Positions 18,076 to 28,268 of a stretch of 64,000 nucleotides of DNA are shown here, piece by piece; within the stretch, counting starts at the first letter, position 1, and each line of letters starts with the position of its first letter. The translations under genes were made by a program, and so were the position numbers. Origin of the DNA: an uncultured Candidatus Saccharibacteria bacterium (GTDB taxonomy: Bacteria; Patescibacteriota; Minisyncoccia; Phycocordibacterales; JAKAEA01); the NCBI GenBank assembly GCA_964577595.1, contig CAZNZK010000002.1:150163-214162 (forward strand), in the 5' to 3' direction. Below the pieces are notes generated by a model. It worked only from the letters and a program-made list of their open reading frames with translations, made no database searches and was not told the origin of the DNA.

Positions 18076-18764
18076 GCGTGGAGAAGGCCTGGCAACTTCA
18101 GCGGCGCAGGCTCGTGGATTTCAAGGTGGAATTCGGCATCAACTCTATCGGCGAGCTTCTTCTTGCTGACGTTATTGATAACGATTCTTGGCGAATCCTT
18201 GATGACGCCGGCAACTATGATGATAAGCAAGTCTATCGTGATGGCGGCGATCTCAACGAAGTGACCAGGAAGTATCGCTTAGTCTCTGGTTTGGCCGATC
18301 GCTTTGAACTGCCGAAACAGTCGCTCATTTTCTGGCGCGGCTCCGACAAGGACAAGTTGGATTTCTATGACGATCTTCGGGCGTTATATCCCGAAGCTGT
18401 TTTGGAGATGCCAATTATCACTTGCTCGGCACATAAGCAGCCGGCCCAGGCATACCGACTGCTTACTGAAGCTGTGTCGAAGATCCCAGATTCCGTGATC
18501 GTTGTGTTTGTCGCTCTCAGTAATGGCGCTGGGCCAATGCTTTCGGCGAATGTCACGGTTCCGGTCATGACGGTGCCGCTCAACTACCGAGCTTTTCCGG
18601 ACGATGTCTGGTCGTCATTGCGCACGCCTTCAAATGTGCCGGTGATGACGGTTCTGGAGCCGGCCAACGCCGTCCTTGCCGCCTTGCAGATTTTGGCCAT
18701 GCGCAATCCGGCAATCTACGCCACCTTGCGTCTGGAGCAGGAGAAGCGACTCGTCAGTCTCTAG
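17940..18764 (+). pseudogene. N-terminally truncated bifunctional PurC-PurE (PAICS/ADE2-like)
   Basis: EKAW..LVDFKVEFG..LADVIDNDSWR..DKQVYRD, then SAHK, SNGAGPMLS, DVWSSLRTPS; the ATP-binding N-terminal half of PurC is absent and there is an in-frame stop at 17832. Confidence 0.75.
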
Positions 18765-18788
18765 TTTCGTTTATTTCAGTCACCCCAC

Positions 18789-18824
18789 AAGCCCCGGAAG
18801 ACTAACAATCTTTCGGGGCTTTTT
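18789..18824 (+). terminator. Intrinsic terminator
   Basis: GCCCCGGAAGA/TCTTTCGGGGC plus T-run. Confidence 0.75.
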
Positions 18825-18948
18825 CATTGTTTTAGTTTTCTTTAGTACAAACAAAAAGGACAGTTGAATAAAATAGAATAACAAGTTTTCATAAAAGATT
18901 TAAGAAAAATTGATGAGAATTTTAACTGTGGTGCGCTAGAGTTCCCGG

Positions 18949-20550
18949 GTGGAATTTGACTCGCTTTTTTATCCGGTTGTAGTTGGCTTTGTTTTTGGTA
19001 CGCTTTTTGGGCCAATTGTTTCATCGTGGTTTTTTCTGGCCGCGACGGCGAGTGTGGCTAGCGGGCTAGCGCTGTGGCTGTGGACGGCTGGCCTAGCCTA
19101 CCGAAACCCTCGTGCGAAACAGTATTCGTGGCTGATGCTTTTGTTGGTATGTGTGGTAACGACTAGCGTTGGTTGTGGCTTGTTTCTAACTGCTTCTGTT
19201 AAGGCAGGCGACCCGGGCTTATCGGCGCAGGTTGGCAAGTGGGTGCAGTTGCGCGGAGTGGTTAGTGATGAGCCGGCGGAGAATGAAACAGCGACGCGGG
19301 TCACGGTTTCGGTTACTCTTTTAAATAGCAAAGCGGTGCGGGCAACAGGTGTGATATTTTCCGTGTCGCCCTACATGCAAGTGAATTACGGTGATGAAGT
19401 AACGGTGAGTGGTTTGTTGGAAAAACCGGAGGCATTCGCGACGGAAAATGGCGGAGTGTTTCTTTATGATAAATATCTGGCAGTGCGCGGGGTTTTCTTT
19501 ACGCTGATGCGTCCCACAAAGTTTACGGTGGTGAATTCCGGTCAAGGTAATTTTATAAAATCCGAGCTACTTTCATGTAAGCGCGGCGTAATTGCTCGTT
19601 TGGAATCCGCTATCGTTTTTCCTGAGTCACGCTTAGCGGCAGGACTAACGGTCGCTGGTAAGCAAGCGTTGCCGGCCGATGTGTTGGCCGATTTCACGCG
19701 CTCCGGAACTATTCAAGTGGTAGTGCTTTCCGGGTACAACGTTACTATTGTGGCGGAATTAGTGGTGTGGCTCTGTTCGCGTTTCGCGGGCTTTTTGCCA
19801 CAGGTGCTTGCCGAATTATGGCTCATGCGATTTTTAACGGGCATGAGTGCCGTCGCGGGTATTGTACTTTTTTGTATCATGGCGGGCGGCTCGGCCACTA
19901 TTGTGCGCGGCGGCATTATGGCTGTGGCCGCTATTGCCGCCAAGCTTTTTTCTCGCCGCTACAATGCTTTTCGGGCTTTCTGGTTTTCTGCGGCGGTTAT
20001 GCTTATTTTCAATCCGCTTTTGGCGGCGTATGATCCCTCGTTTCAGTATTCTTTTGTGGCAACGGCCGGCCTGCTCTATCTATCTCCGTGGTGTCTGAAA
20101 TTATTTTCGTTCTTACCCAAGCATTTTGACGTGCAAAGAACCGCGGCGGCAACGCTTGCTACCCAGCTCGCCGTTCTGCCGCTGGCGCTCTATGAAATGG
20201 GGCAGGTGAGTGTTGTCGCTCTACCGGCGAATCTTTTATTGTTCCTCGTCACGCCAGTGACGATGTTTGCGAGTTTCATTGTCGCCGCTACGGCATTTTT
20301 ATGGCCTTTTGGTGCAACACTCTTGGGTTGGGCTGATTGGCTTCTCTTGGCCTACCAGCTCTGGCTTGTCCACGTGTTTGCCAGTATCCCTTTGGCATTT
20401 TGGAATACGCCGCCGCTTCCCCTATGGATAGTGGGGCTCATTTATTTTAGTTGCACGCTGGTTTTGTGTATTCTGTATCGGCGGGCGAGTGGTGCGAAAC
20501 AAACTACTTCGCGGCCACCAGAAAATTTTGTTCCACAACGGCCCAGTTGA
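18949..20550 (+). CDS. comEC: ComEC/Rec2 competence channel (DUF4131 + competence domain, no MBL domain)
   Basis: OB-like YGDEVTVSG, SGTIQVVVLSGYNV, ATIVRGGIM, DPSFQYSF, PANL; many TM helices. Confidence 0.88.
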   Translation: MEFDSLFYPVVVGFVFGTLFGPIVSSWFFLAATASVASGLALWLWTAGLAYRNPRAKQYSWLMLLLVCVVTTSVGCGLFLTASVKAGDPGLSAQVGKWVQLRGVVSDEPAENETATRVTVSVTLLNSKAVRATGVIFSVSPYMQVNYGDEVTVSGLLEKPEAFATENGGVFLYDKYLAVRGVFFTLMRPTKFTVVNSGQGNFIKSELLSCKRGVIARLESAIVFPESRLAAGLTVAGKQALPADVLADFTRSGTIQVVVLSGYNVTIVAELVVWLCSRFAGFLPQVLAELWLMRFLTGMSAVAGIVLFCIMAGGSATIVRGGIMAVAAIAAKLFSRRYNAFRAFWFSAAVMLIFNPLLAAYDPSFQYSFVATAGLLYLSPWCLKLFSFLPKHFDVQRTAAATLATQLAVLPLALYEMGQVSVVALPANLLLFLVTPVTMFASFIVAATAFLWPFGATLLGWADWLLLAYQLWLVHVFASIPLAFWNTPPLPLWIVGLIYFSCTLVLCILYRRASGAKQTTSRPPENFVPQRPS

Positions 20551-21097
20551 CGTTGGCGAGGAATGCCTCAACGTATTTCTTCTTGTCGGTAGCGTAATCT
20601 AAGTAAAAGGAATGTTCCCACATATCAATGCCAAAAACATAGGGAAGGCCGTTAAGTTGGCCGAGATGTTGTTCATCTATCCAGGCGTTGGTGAGTTTTT
20701 CTGCGATAGGGTCGTAGTAGAGAATGGCCCAACCGATGCCGCGGGTCATGGCGATTGTTTTGAAGCGAGCAAGCCAGGCGTCAAAAGAACCCCATTCTTT
20801 TTCTACCACTTTTTTTAGTTGAGAATTGGCGGTCAGAGTTTTTGCCCCACCTTCCAAGGATTTGAAATAATACTCATGATTGCGCATGCCATTAAATTCA
20901 AAACTAAAGCGGCGTTGGAGTTCGCTGGCCGCGTAGGCATCTGCGTCACCATTTTTTCCGTACGCTTCAATTTTCTGCATAACTAGGTTGGCATTTTTAA
21001 CGTAGCCAGCATAGAGCTTGAGGTGCTCGTCTACCGTTTTTTTTGAAATGCCGGCCAGCTCGGGGATGGAAAACTTTTGTTCGGTGTATTCGCTCAT
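20504..21097 (-). CDS. sod: Fe/Mn superoxide dismutase
   Basis: EHLKLYAGYV, NHEYYF, GIGWA, DMWEHSF. Confidence 0.9.
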   Translation of the reverse strand: MSEYTEQKFSIPELAGISKKTVDEHLKLYAGYVKNANLVMQKIEAYGKNGDADAYAASELQRRFSFEFNGMRNHEYYFKSLEGGAKTLTANSQLKKVVEKEWGSFDAWLARFKTIAMTRGIGWAILYYDPIAEKLTNAWIDEQHLGQLNGLPYVFGIDMWEHSFYLDYATDKKKYVEAFLANVNWAVVEQNFLVAAK

Positions 21098-21161
21098 GTT
21101 TTTAATATTATTTTTAAAATTTATTCAGCACTATTTTAACCACTGGCTTTATACTGACCCC

Positions 21162-21980
21162 ATGAAATTTACCATGAAATATATTCTTCCCATAATGGGC
21201 GTTCTTATTGTCGCCCTTGTCATAGAAGGCTACATAATATCTCGTCAGTGGCCGACAGACTATCTTACCGTGGCCATTTTAAATGTCGGCCAAGGCGAAG
21301 CTATATATATAGATACGCCAAAACACCACCGCTTACTTATTGACGGCGGGGCCACGCACGCCATACTCGGCGAGCTTAGCAGGTTTGTGCCTTTTTACAC
21401 TCGTTTCTTAGACGCTGTGATTCTGACGGCCCCCGAAGATTTGCGGGTCGGTGGCCTTGTTGATGTATTGAATAGCTACCGTACTGGAACCATAATTATA
21501 CCAAGCGGTACTTCCAGTTCGCAACTCTACACGCAATTAAAAGATATCATCGTCAAGCAACAAATCGCCACCAGTTCAGCTGAGCGAGGACTCGCGCTTA
21601 ATTTTGGCGATGGTGTCTATTTAACAATTCTATATCCCGATAAAAATTCTCTAGCTAGTGCCGACATCGGGCCAATTATGGGTAAATTAACATTCGGCTC
21701 AACCTCCGTGCTTCTTACCGCCGGCGCCCCCGCGGGGTTTGAGGATTATGTTCTTGCACAAAATGGCACGAGCACTCTTGCTAGCACTATTTTCACCACT
21801 CTTTACGACGGCCCTAAAAACGTGCCGTCACCAAACTTCATTGAGGCGGTTTCGCCACAGTGGTTAGCTGTTTCGGCAAAATCAGTTTTTCCCAACGACT
21901 TCGCTATTCCAACACTTTATACGTTTCAAAACGATACAATCGTCTTTCACTGCACGAAGGAGAAATGCGTTCTTAAATGA
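21162..21980 (+). CDS. ComEC-type metallo-beta-lactamase-fold protein with degenerate metal motif
   Basis: N-terminal TM, LNVGQGEAIYI, LIDGG, TAPEDLRVGG in place of THPDxDHIGG. Confidence 0.75.
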   Translation: MKFTMKYILPIMGVLIVALVIEGYIISRQWPTDYLTVAILNVGQGEAIYIDTPKHHRLLIDGGATHAILGELSRFVPFYTRFLDAVILTAPEDLRVGGLVDVLNSYRTGTIIIPSGTSSSQLYTQLKDIIVKQQIATSSAERGLALNFGDGVYLTILYPDKNSLASADIGPIMGKLTFGSTSVLLTAGAPAGFEDYVLAQNGTSTLASTIFTTLYDGPKNVPSPNFIEAVSPQWLAVSAKSVFPNDFAIPTLYTFQNDTIVFHCTKEKCVLK

Positions 21981-22215
21981 GTCCGGCTTTCTTAAAGGTG
22001 GCGTAGGCGCCGTTTTTGTTGATGGTTTTAATGGCCTTGGTGGAAAGGGTCACGATAATGGACTTGTTCATTTCAGGAATGAAAATTTTCTTCTTCTGGA
22101 GGTTGGGGTACTTGCGGACATTGCCGGTAGGGTTGTATTGGGTAGCACGGGTGCGGTTGGAGTATCCACCTCCCATGATGGAACCTTTTTTAGTTACGGG
22201 GCAAATTTTGGCCAT
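21973..22215 (-). CDS. rpmB: 50S ribosomal protein L28
   Basis: MAKICPVTKK, RKYPNLQKK, LSTKAIKT; TTGCGT-17-TACTAT promoter upstream. Confidence 0.9.
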   Translation of the reverse strand: MAKICPVTKKGSIMGGGYSNRTRATQYNPTGNVRKYPNLQKKKIFIPEMNKSIIVTLSTKAIKTINKNGAYATFKKAGLI

Positions 22216-22284
22216 ATATTTTATCCTAATATTTTGTATTCGGAGACGGCCATAGTATCATGGCAGTATCGTAAACGCAACTGT

Positions 22285-22905
22285 ATGCTCACAACCCCGC
22301 TAGACATCATTTTTTACATTATTATCCTGGTGATGTCTATCGTCATCCATGAAGTTTCGCATGGTTACGCCGCTTATATCCAAGGCGACGCAACCGCCGA
22401 GCGCGCAGGCCGGTTGACTCTCAACCCCCTAAAGCACTTGGATTTTGTCGGCTCCCTTATTGTGCCTCTGGTTACCTATTTTCTTGCAGGTATTCCTTTT
22501 GGTTGGGCCAAACCGGTGCCCTTTAACCCCTACAACCTGCGCAATCAACGCTGGGGCGAAACTATTGTGGCTGTTGCTGGCCCGGCCGCGAACTTCCTTA
22601 TAGCGATAGTATTCGCCATTCTGGTGCGTATTGCCATTCCGCTTGGTCTACCCGATTCTTTCGTGAGCGTCTGTGCTTTAGTGGTGCTGGCTAACATTGG
22701 CTTGGGTATTTTCAACTTAGTACCCATTCCGCCCTTAGACGGCTCAAAAATCCTTTTTGGTCTTTTGCCGTTTTATATAAGCCGTTCGTTTCGGGCCGTA
22801 TATGAGCGTTACTCTCTCATTATTCTGCTCGCTTTTATCTTTTTCCTGCCGCAAATACTTAGCCCTGCCATCACTTTCATCTTTAACCGCCTTGTTGGCC
22901 AGTAA
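22285..22905 (+). CDS. Site-2 protease (peptidase M50)
   Basis: HEVSH, GRLTLNP, GWAKPVP, AGP..N, FNLVPIPPLDG. Confidence 0.93.
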   Translation: MLTTPLDIIFYIIILVMSIVIHEVSHGYAAYIQGDATAERAGRLTLNPLKHLDFVGSLIVPLVTYFLAGIPFGWAKPVPFNPYNLRNQRWGETIVAVAGPAANFLIAIVFAILVRIAIPLGLPDSFVSVCALVVLANIGLGIFNLVPIPPLDGSKILFGLLPFYISRSFRAVYERYSLIILLAFIFFLPQILSPAITFIFNRLVGQ

Positions 22906-22907
22906 TG

Positions 22908-22936
22908 TTGCGTTTTTCTATGTATTCTGTTAGAGT
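22908..22936 (+). promoter_or_regulatory. str operon promoter
   Basis: TTGCGT-17bp-TAGAGT with TG extension. Confidence 0.55.
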
Positions 22937-22948
22937 ACGCTCTCAAAT

Positions 22949-23365
22949 ATGCCGACAGTAAATCAACTCGTCCGTCATCGCCGCACCAAAGTGTCGCGAA
23001 AGCCAAAGGCCGTTGCTCTGCAGCGTTCTTTTAATGTGCTTAAGAATCGCCCCGTTTTCTTCCCATCGCCTTTCAAGCGCGGCGTTTGCACGAAGGTCAC
23101 CACCAAAACTCCTAAGAAGCCTAACTCCGCTATTCGTAAAATCGCCCGCGTGCGCCTCACTAATGGTATGGAAGTCACTGCCTACATCCCGGGTATGGGT
23201 CACAATCTCCAGGAACACTCTGTTGTTATTTTGCGCGGTGGAAAGGTAAAGGATGTTGGTCTCCGCTACACCATTGTTCGCGGTCGCTTGGATGCTGGTG
23301 GGGTAGAAGGTCGCCGCAAAGAACGCAGTAACTACGGCGCAAAGAAGCCCAAAGCCGCCAAATAA
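22949..23365 (+). CDS. rpsL: 30S ribosomal protein S12
   Basis: [25 protein letters not shown]. Confidence 0.98.
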   Translation: MPTVNQLVRHRRTKVSRKPKAVALQRSFNVLKNRPVFFPSPFKRGVCTKVTTKTPKKPNSAIRKIARVRLTNGMEVTAYIPGMGHNLQEHSVVILRGGKVKDVGLRYTIVRGRLDAGGVEGRRKERSNYGAKKPKAAK

Positions 23366-23377
23366 TTTTTTCCTACC

Positions 23378-23848
23378 ATGCGCCGCAAACTCAAACGTAA
23401 GCATAAATTAGTCGCTGATCCGCAATACAATTCGGAAAAAGTGGCCAAGTTTATCAACTGTGTCATGACTCGTGGCAAGAAAAATGCCGCCCGTTTCGTT
23501 GTATACGGAGCTTTGGACGCTATTAAAGAGAGAACAAAAACAGAGGATCCATTAGCCCTCTTTGACGAAGCTCTCCGCAACGTTGGCCCGGCTATGGAAG
23601 TGCGCTCTCGCCGCGTTGGCGGTGCCAACTACCAGGTTCCTCGCGAAGTTCGCCCGGAACGCAAGCAGGCCCTCGCTATTCGCTGGCTTATTGCCGCCGC
23701 TCGCGGTAAAAAAGGCAAGCCGATGGCTGAAAAACTCGCTGACGAGCTTATTGCCGCTTCTAAAAACGAAGGTGAGGCTATCAAAAAGCGCGAAAACACC
23801 ATTAAAATGGCCGAAGCCAACAAGGCTTTCGCTCACTTTGCGTGGTAG
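23378..23848 (+). CDS. rpsG: 30S ribosomal protein S7
   Basis: RRVGGANYQVP, MAEANKAFAH. Confidence 0.98.
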   Translation: MRRKLKRKHKLVADPQYNSEKVAKFINCVMTRGKKNAARFVVYGALDAIKERTKTEDPLALFDEALRNVGPAMEVRSRRVGGANYQVPREVRPERKQALAIRWLIAAARGKKGKPMAEKLADELIAASKNEGEAIKKRENTIKMAEANKAFAHFAW

Positions 23849-24035
23849 GGAACACTATCTTAAGATAAAAATTCTTATTTTTATCCAGCACTACTTTCAA
23901 TACAGCGGTTGGATGTATTGCGAATAAAACGATTTTCTTGTATTCTTCACAACAAATAGGCCAATGGCCTCTTTTTAAAACTTTTTTATTCAAGTTTATT
24001 TAAACGACAAATAAGCCACGAAGTGGTACCCCACT

Positions 24036-26195
24036 ATGAACCGCGACTATCCTTTAGATTCAGTACGAAATTTCGGTATTATTGCGCACATTGATGCCGG
24101 TAAAACCACTACCAGCGAGCGCATTTTGTACTACACGGGCATGAGCCATAAAATCGGCGAAGTGCACGAAGGTAACACGGTCACCGACTGGATGGAGCAG
24201 GAACGCGAGCGCGGTATCACCATCACCGCCGCCGCCATCACTTGTTTTTGGCATCCTACCTACGCCATGAGTGCTGATGGTAAACCTGATCTCGCAAAGA
24301 AAGTTCGTTTCAACATCATTGATACTCCGGGCCACATTGACTTTACCGCTGAAGTGAAGCGCTCACTTCGCGTTTTGGACGGCGCGGTAGTAGTTTTTGA
24401 CGGCGTGGCTGGTGTTGAGCCACAAAGCGAAACCAATTGGCGCTATGCCGACGACGGCAACGTGCCGCGCATTTGTTTCATTAACAAGCTTGATCGTATG
24501 GGTGCCTCCTTTGAGCGTTCATTCCAGTCTATTCTTGAGCGTTTGAATAAAAATGCAGTGCGCATGCAAATTCCCATCGGCACCGAAGAAAATTTTGAGG
24601 CAGTCATTGACCTGCTCCGCATGAAGTCCTATCACTTTGAGGGGGAAATGGGCAATCAAATTATTGAGAAGGATGTGCCGGCAGAATATCTTGAGCAGGC
24701 TAAAAAGTATCGCGCTGAGCTTGTAGAAAAAATTGTTGAGCAGGATGACACACTCATGAGCGCTTATTTGGAAGGAAAAGAACCTTCTTTGGCGGATCTC
24801 AAAAAAACCTTACGTAAGGCCACCATTGAGGTAAAAATCATTCCCGTTTTCACTGGTTCCGCTCTCAAAAATAAGGGCGTTCAGCTTGTGTTGGATGCGG
24901 TTGTTGATTACTTGCCGAGCCCGTTGGATATTCCTCCTGTGCACGGTATTGATCCGCGCAATGGCAATGAAATCTATCGCCATGCTGATGACAAAGAGCC
25001 GTTCTCTGCATTGGCTTTCAAATTACAAAACGACCCGTTCGTAGGAGCACTCACATTTTTCCGTGTTTACTCCGGTACAATTGAGGCGGGCAGCTACATC
25101 TATAACGCCACTACCGGTGAGAAAGAACGCCTCGGTCGCATTGTTCGCCTCCAGGCCGACAAGCGTGAGGAAGTTAAAAAAGTATTTGCCGGCGAAATCG
25201 CCGCCGCCGTGGGTATTAAGGGCGCAAAAACATCCCATACATTTTGTGATGAGGCCAACCCGATCATTCTTGATCCTATTAAGTTTATGAAGCCCGTGGT
25301 TTCGCTCCGTATTGAGCCGAAAACCAAGGCTGACCAAGAGAAAATGGGCCTTGCCCTCAAGAAGCTTTCTGATGAAGACCCCACGTTTATCATTAGTACC
25401 AATACCGAAACAGGGGAGACCATCGTCTCCGGCATGGGTGAGCTCCACTTGGAAATCATGGTGGACAGAATGAAGCGTGAATTCAGTGTGGAAGCCAATG
25501 TTGGCGAGCCGCAAGTTGCCTATCGCGAAACTATTACCGCGGAAGCTGAAGCCGAACACAAATACATCAAACAATCTGGTGGTAAGGGTCAATACGGTCA
25601 CGTCAAAATCACGCTCAAGCCAATGGAGCCCTTGGTTGAGGGTAAGAAAATTCCCAAGAACGTTAAGCGTTACGATGACTTTGAATTTATTGATTCTATC
25701 AAGGGTGGCGCTATTCCTCAGGAATTTATCCCGGCCGTTGAAAAGGGTGTGCGCGAAGCTATGGGCCGCGGCATTATCGCCGGTTTCCCTATGGTCAACA
25801 TTTCCTGCGAGTTAACCTACGGTTCTTACCACGACGTTGACTCCTCCGAAATCGCCTATAAAATCGCCGCCTCCCAGGCGTTTCAAGATGGCGCTAAGCG
25901 TGCAAAACCCGTTATTCTTGAGCCTATTATGAAGATTGAGGTTTCCGTTCCTGAGAAATTCTTCGGCGACATCACCGGCAACCTTTCCGGCAAGCGCGCT
26001 CAAATTGAAGGCTTTGAGGATCGCCCGGGCGGTATCAAGCTCATTCGCGCCACCGTCCCTCTCTCTGAAATGTTCGGTTACACCAACCAGCTCCGCTCTA
26101 TGACGGAGGGCCGTGGCATGGCTCCTATGGAATTTTCTCACTATGCCATCGTTCCTCCGCAAGTTGAGAAGCAGATTGTTGAGGGGAAGAAATAG
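24036..26195 (+). CDS. fusA: Elongation factor G
   Basis: [31 protein letters not shown]. Confidence 0.98.
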   Translation: MNRDYPLDSVRNFGIIAHIDAGKTTTSERILYYTGMSHKIGEVHEGNTVTDWMEQERERGITITAAAITCFWHPTYAMSADGKPDLAKKVRFNIIDTPGHIDFTAEVKRSLRVLDGAVVVFDGVAGVEPQSETNWRYADDGNVPRICFINKLDRMGASFERSFQSILERLNKNAVRMQIPIGTEENFEAVIDLLRMKSYHFEGEMGNQIIEKDVPAEYLEQAKKYRAELVEKIVEQDDTLMSAYLEGKEPSLADLKKTLRKATIEVKIIPVFTGSALKNKGVQLVLDAVVDYLPSPLDIPPVHGIDPRNGNEIYRHADDKEPFSALAFKLQNDPFVGALTFFRVYSGTIEAGSYIYNATTGEKERLGRIVRLQADKREEVKKVFAGEIAAAVGIKGAKTSHTFCDEANPIILDPIKFMKPVVSLRIEPKTKADQEKMGLALKKLSDEDPTFIISTNTETGETIVSGMGELHLEIMVDRMKREFSVEANVGEPQVAYRETITAEAEAEHKYIKQSGGKGQYGHVKITLKPMEPLVEGKKIPKNVKRYDDFEFIDSIKGGAIPQEFIPAVEKGVREAMGRGIIAGFPMVNISCELTYGSYHDVDSSEIAYKIAASQAFQDGAKRAKPVILEPIMKIEVSVPEKFFGDITGNLSGKRAQIEGFEDRPGGIKLIRATVPLSEMFGYTNQLRSMTEGRGMAPMEFSHYAIVPPQVEKQIVEGKK

Positions 26196-26268
26196 AGCGA
26201 AAAAAGCTGAGGATGTTATACTTGTTAGTATAGGTCGATCCTTTATCTTTATCATAAAACCAATTTCT

Positions 26269-26478
26269 ATGGATCCAGTATCTCAAGGCAACAACTTCAA
26301 GGTCTGCAAGTGCCCGCATCACAGCATCAAGCCGTGGGCGATGATTCTTATTGGCGTTGTTATCATTCTTGCCGCTACTCAAGTGCTTGATATGGAAACC
26401 TCGCTCATTATCATTGGTGCGCTCATTATCGTGAAGGGCTTCATGAAGCTCATGGGCCGCAAGTGCAAGTGTTGCTAA
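26269..26478 (+). CDS. Small two-TM protein with CxCPHH and CxCC termini
   Basis: MDPVSQGNNFKVCKCPHH...two hydrophobic segments...RKCKCC (69 aa). Confidence 0.7.
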   Translation: MDPVSQGNNFKVCKCPHHSIKPWAMILIGVVIILAATQVLDMETSLIIIGALIIVKGFMKLMGRKCKCC

Positions 26479-26494
26479 AATAGTCAGTTTTTCA

Positions 26495-26542
26495 AGAAAA
26501 GGCTGTATCCTATTGACGGGATATAGCCTTTTCTGCTACTAT
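26495..26542 (+). promoter_or_regulatory. Inverted repeat/terminator overlapping the tuf promoter
   Basis: AGAAAAGGCTGTATCC-tattgacg-GGATATAGCCTTTTCT; TTGACG in the loop, TACTAT 18 bp downstream. Confidence 0.65.
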
Positions 26543-26630
26543 GGCCAATACCGCTTTTGCGTCGTTTTTATTTGTCGGTTGGCATTTTTTATTAGTTAGT
26601 TCATTATTTACTAAAATTTAACAAAAGTAT

Positions 26631-27815
26631 ATGGCAAATTTTGAGAGAACAAAGCTGCACGTTAACGTCGGCACCATCGGTCACATTGACCACGGCAAGA
26701 GCACCTTGACCGCGGCTCTTGTTGCTGTTCAGGCAAAGAAGGGCTTGGCCACAGCAAAGGCTTACGCCGATATTACCAAGGGTGGTACGGTTCGTGATGC
26801 CACCAAAACCGTCACTATCTCGCTTTCTCACGTAGAATACGAGTCAACCAAGCGTCACTACGCCCACATCGACGCTCCGGGCCACGCCGACTACATTAAG
26901 AACATGATTACTGGCGCCGCCCAAATGGACGGAGCTATTCTCGTTGTTTCTGCCACCGACGGCGTTATGCCACAAACTCGTGAGCACATTCTTTTGGCCT
27001 ACCAAGTTGGCGTGCCCAAGATTGTGGTCTTCTTGAATAAGTGCGATCTCGTTGAGGAAAAAGATCTCATTGACCTCGTTGAAGAAGAAGTTCGCGAGCT
27101 CTTAACTAAGAACAAATACGACGGCAAAAATACTCCTGTTATCCGTGGTTCAGCCACTGGCGCCATTGAAGGTAAGCCGGAATGGGTTGCTAAAATTGAC
27201 GAGCTCTTGAATGCTTTGGATACCTACATTCCTGATCCTATCCGCGAAACTGACAAGCCGTTCCTCATGCCTATTGAAGACATCTTCTCTATTGAAGGTC
27301 GTGGCACCGTAGTCACCGGCCGCATTGAGCGCGGTATGGTCAAAATCGGCGACGAAGTAGAAATCGTCGGCTTTAAGGACACCACCAAAACTACCATCAC
27401 TGGTATTGAAATGTTCAATAAGCAGTTGAAGGAAGGTATTGCTGGTGACAACGCCGGCCTCTTGCTCCGCGGTACCGCTAAGGATGGCGTATCTCGCGGC
27501 CAGGTGCTTTCTAAGCCTGGTTCTGTGAAGCCCCACACTGAGTTTGAGTCAGAAGTATATATTCTCAAGAAAGAAGAAGGTGGTCGTCACACTCCGTTCT
27601 TCTCTGGTTATAAGCCTCAGTTCTATATCCGCACTACCGACGTTACTGGTGAGGTTACCCTCAAGGAAGGTGTTGAAATGGTTATGCCAGGCGATACTGT
27701 TACTTTCAAGGTTAAGCTCGTTGCCCCGGTCGCTCTTGAAGACAAACAGCGCTTTGCTATTCGCGAAGGTGGCCACACTGTGGGCGCCGGCGTTGTTACC
27801 AAGGTTGTTGCTTAA
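26631..27815 (+). CDS. tuf: Elongation factor Tu
   Basis: [42 protein letters not shown]. Confidence 0.98.
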   Translation: MANFERTKLHVNVGTIGHIDHGKSTLTAALVAVQAKKGLATAKAYADITKGGTVRDATKTVTISLSHVEYESTKRHYAHIDAPGHADYIKNMITGAAQMDGAILVVSATDGVMPQTREHILLAYQVGVPKIVVFLNKCDLVEEKDLIDLVEEEVRELLTKNKYDGKNTPVIRGSATGAIEGKPEWVAKIDELLNALDTYIPDPIRETDKPFLMPIEDIFSIEGRGTVVTGRIERGMVKIGDEVEIVGFKDTTKTTITGIEMFNKQLKEGIAGDNAGLLLRGTAKDGVSRGQVLSKPGSVKPHTEFESEVYILKKEEGGRHTPFFSGYKPQFYIRTTDVTGEVTLKEGVEMVMPGDTVTFKVKLVAPVALEDKQRFAIREGGHTVGAGVVTKVVA

Positions 27816-27848
27816 TCGGTTCCTATCCTCTCCATTCCCTTAACTACC

Positions 27849-28235
27849 ATGGCCGAAACTACCGTAAAAAATTCAAAACCTGCCGCTAAGAAGCCCTCGG
27901 CCAAGAAGTCTGCTCCAGTTAAGGATGTCATTCAACGCTTACGCATCCGCGTTCGTGCCTATGAATACAAGGTTTTGGATGTTTCTGTTCGCCAAATCAT
28001 AGACACTGCTTCGCGTTTTGACGCTGAAGTGGTTGGCCCTATTCCATTGCCGACAGAAATCAAAAAATATACCGTCAATCGTTCCTCTTTTGTGCACAAG
28101 AATGCTCGTGAGCAGTTTGAGATGCGCGTGCACAAGCGTCTCATTGACATCATCAATCCGTCAGCGAAACTGATTGAATCGCTTACCAACCTCAGCCTCC
28201 CGTCCGGAGTAACCATTGACGTAAAGATCCTGTAA
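27849..28235 (+). CDS. rpsJ: 30S ribosomal protein S10
   Basis: GPIPLPT, REQFEMRVHKRLIDI. Confidence 0.97.
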   Translation: MAETTVKNSKPAAKKPSAKKSAPVKDVIQRLRIRVRAYEYKVLDVSVRQIIDTASRFDAEVVGPIPLPTEIKKYTVNRSSFVHKNAREQFEMRVHKRLIDIINPSAKLIESLTNLSLPSGVTIDVKIL

Positions 28236-28268
28236 TGCACTACACGGAATAGATGTCAAAAAACTGCC

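Noticed and set aside
23849-24035. Structured RNA between rpsG and fusA
   Set aside because: Only weak AT-rich hairpins; no recognisable motif
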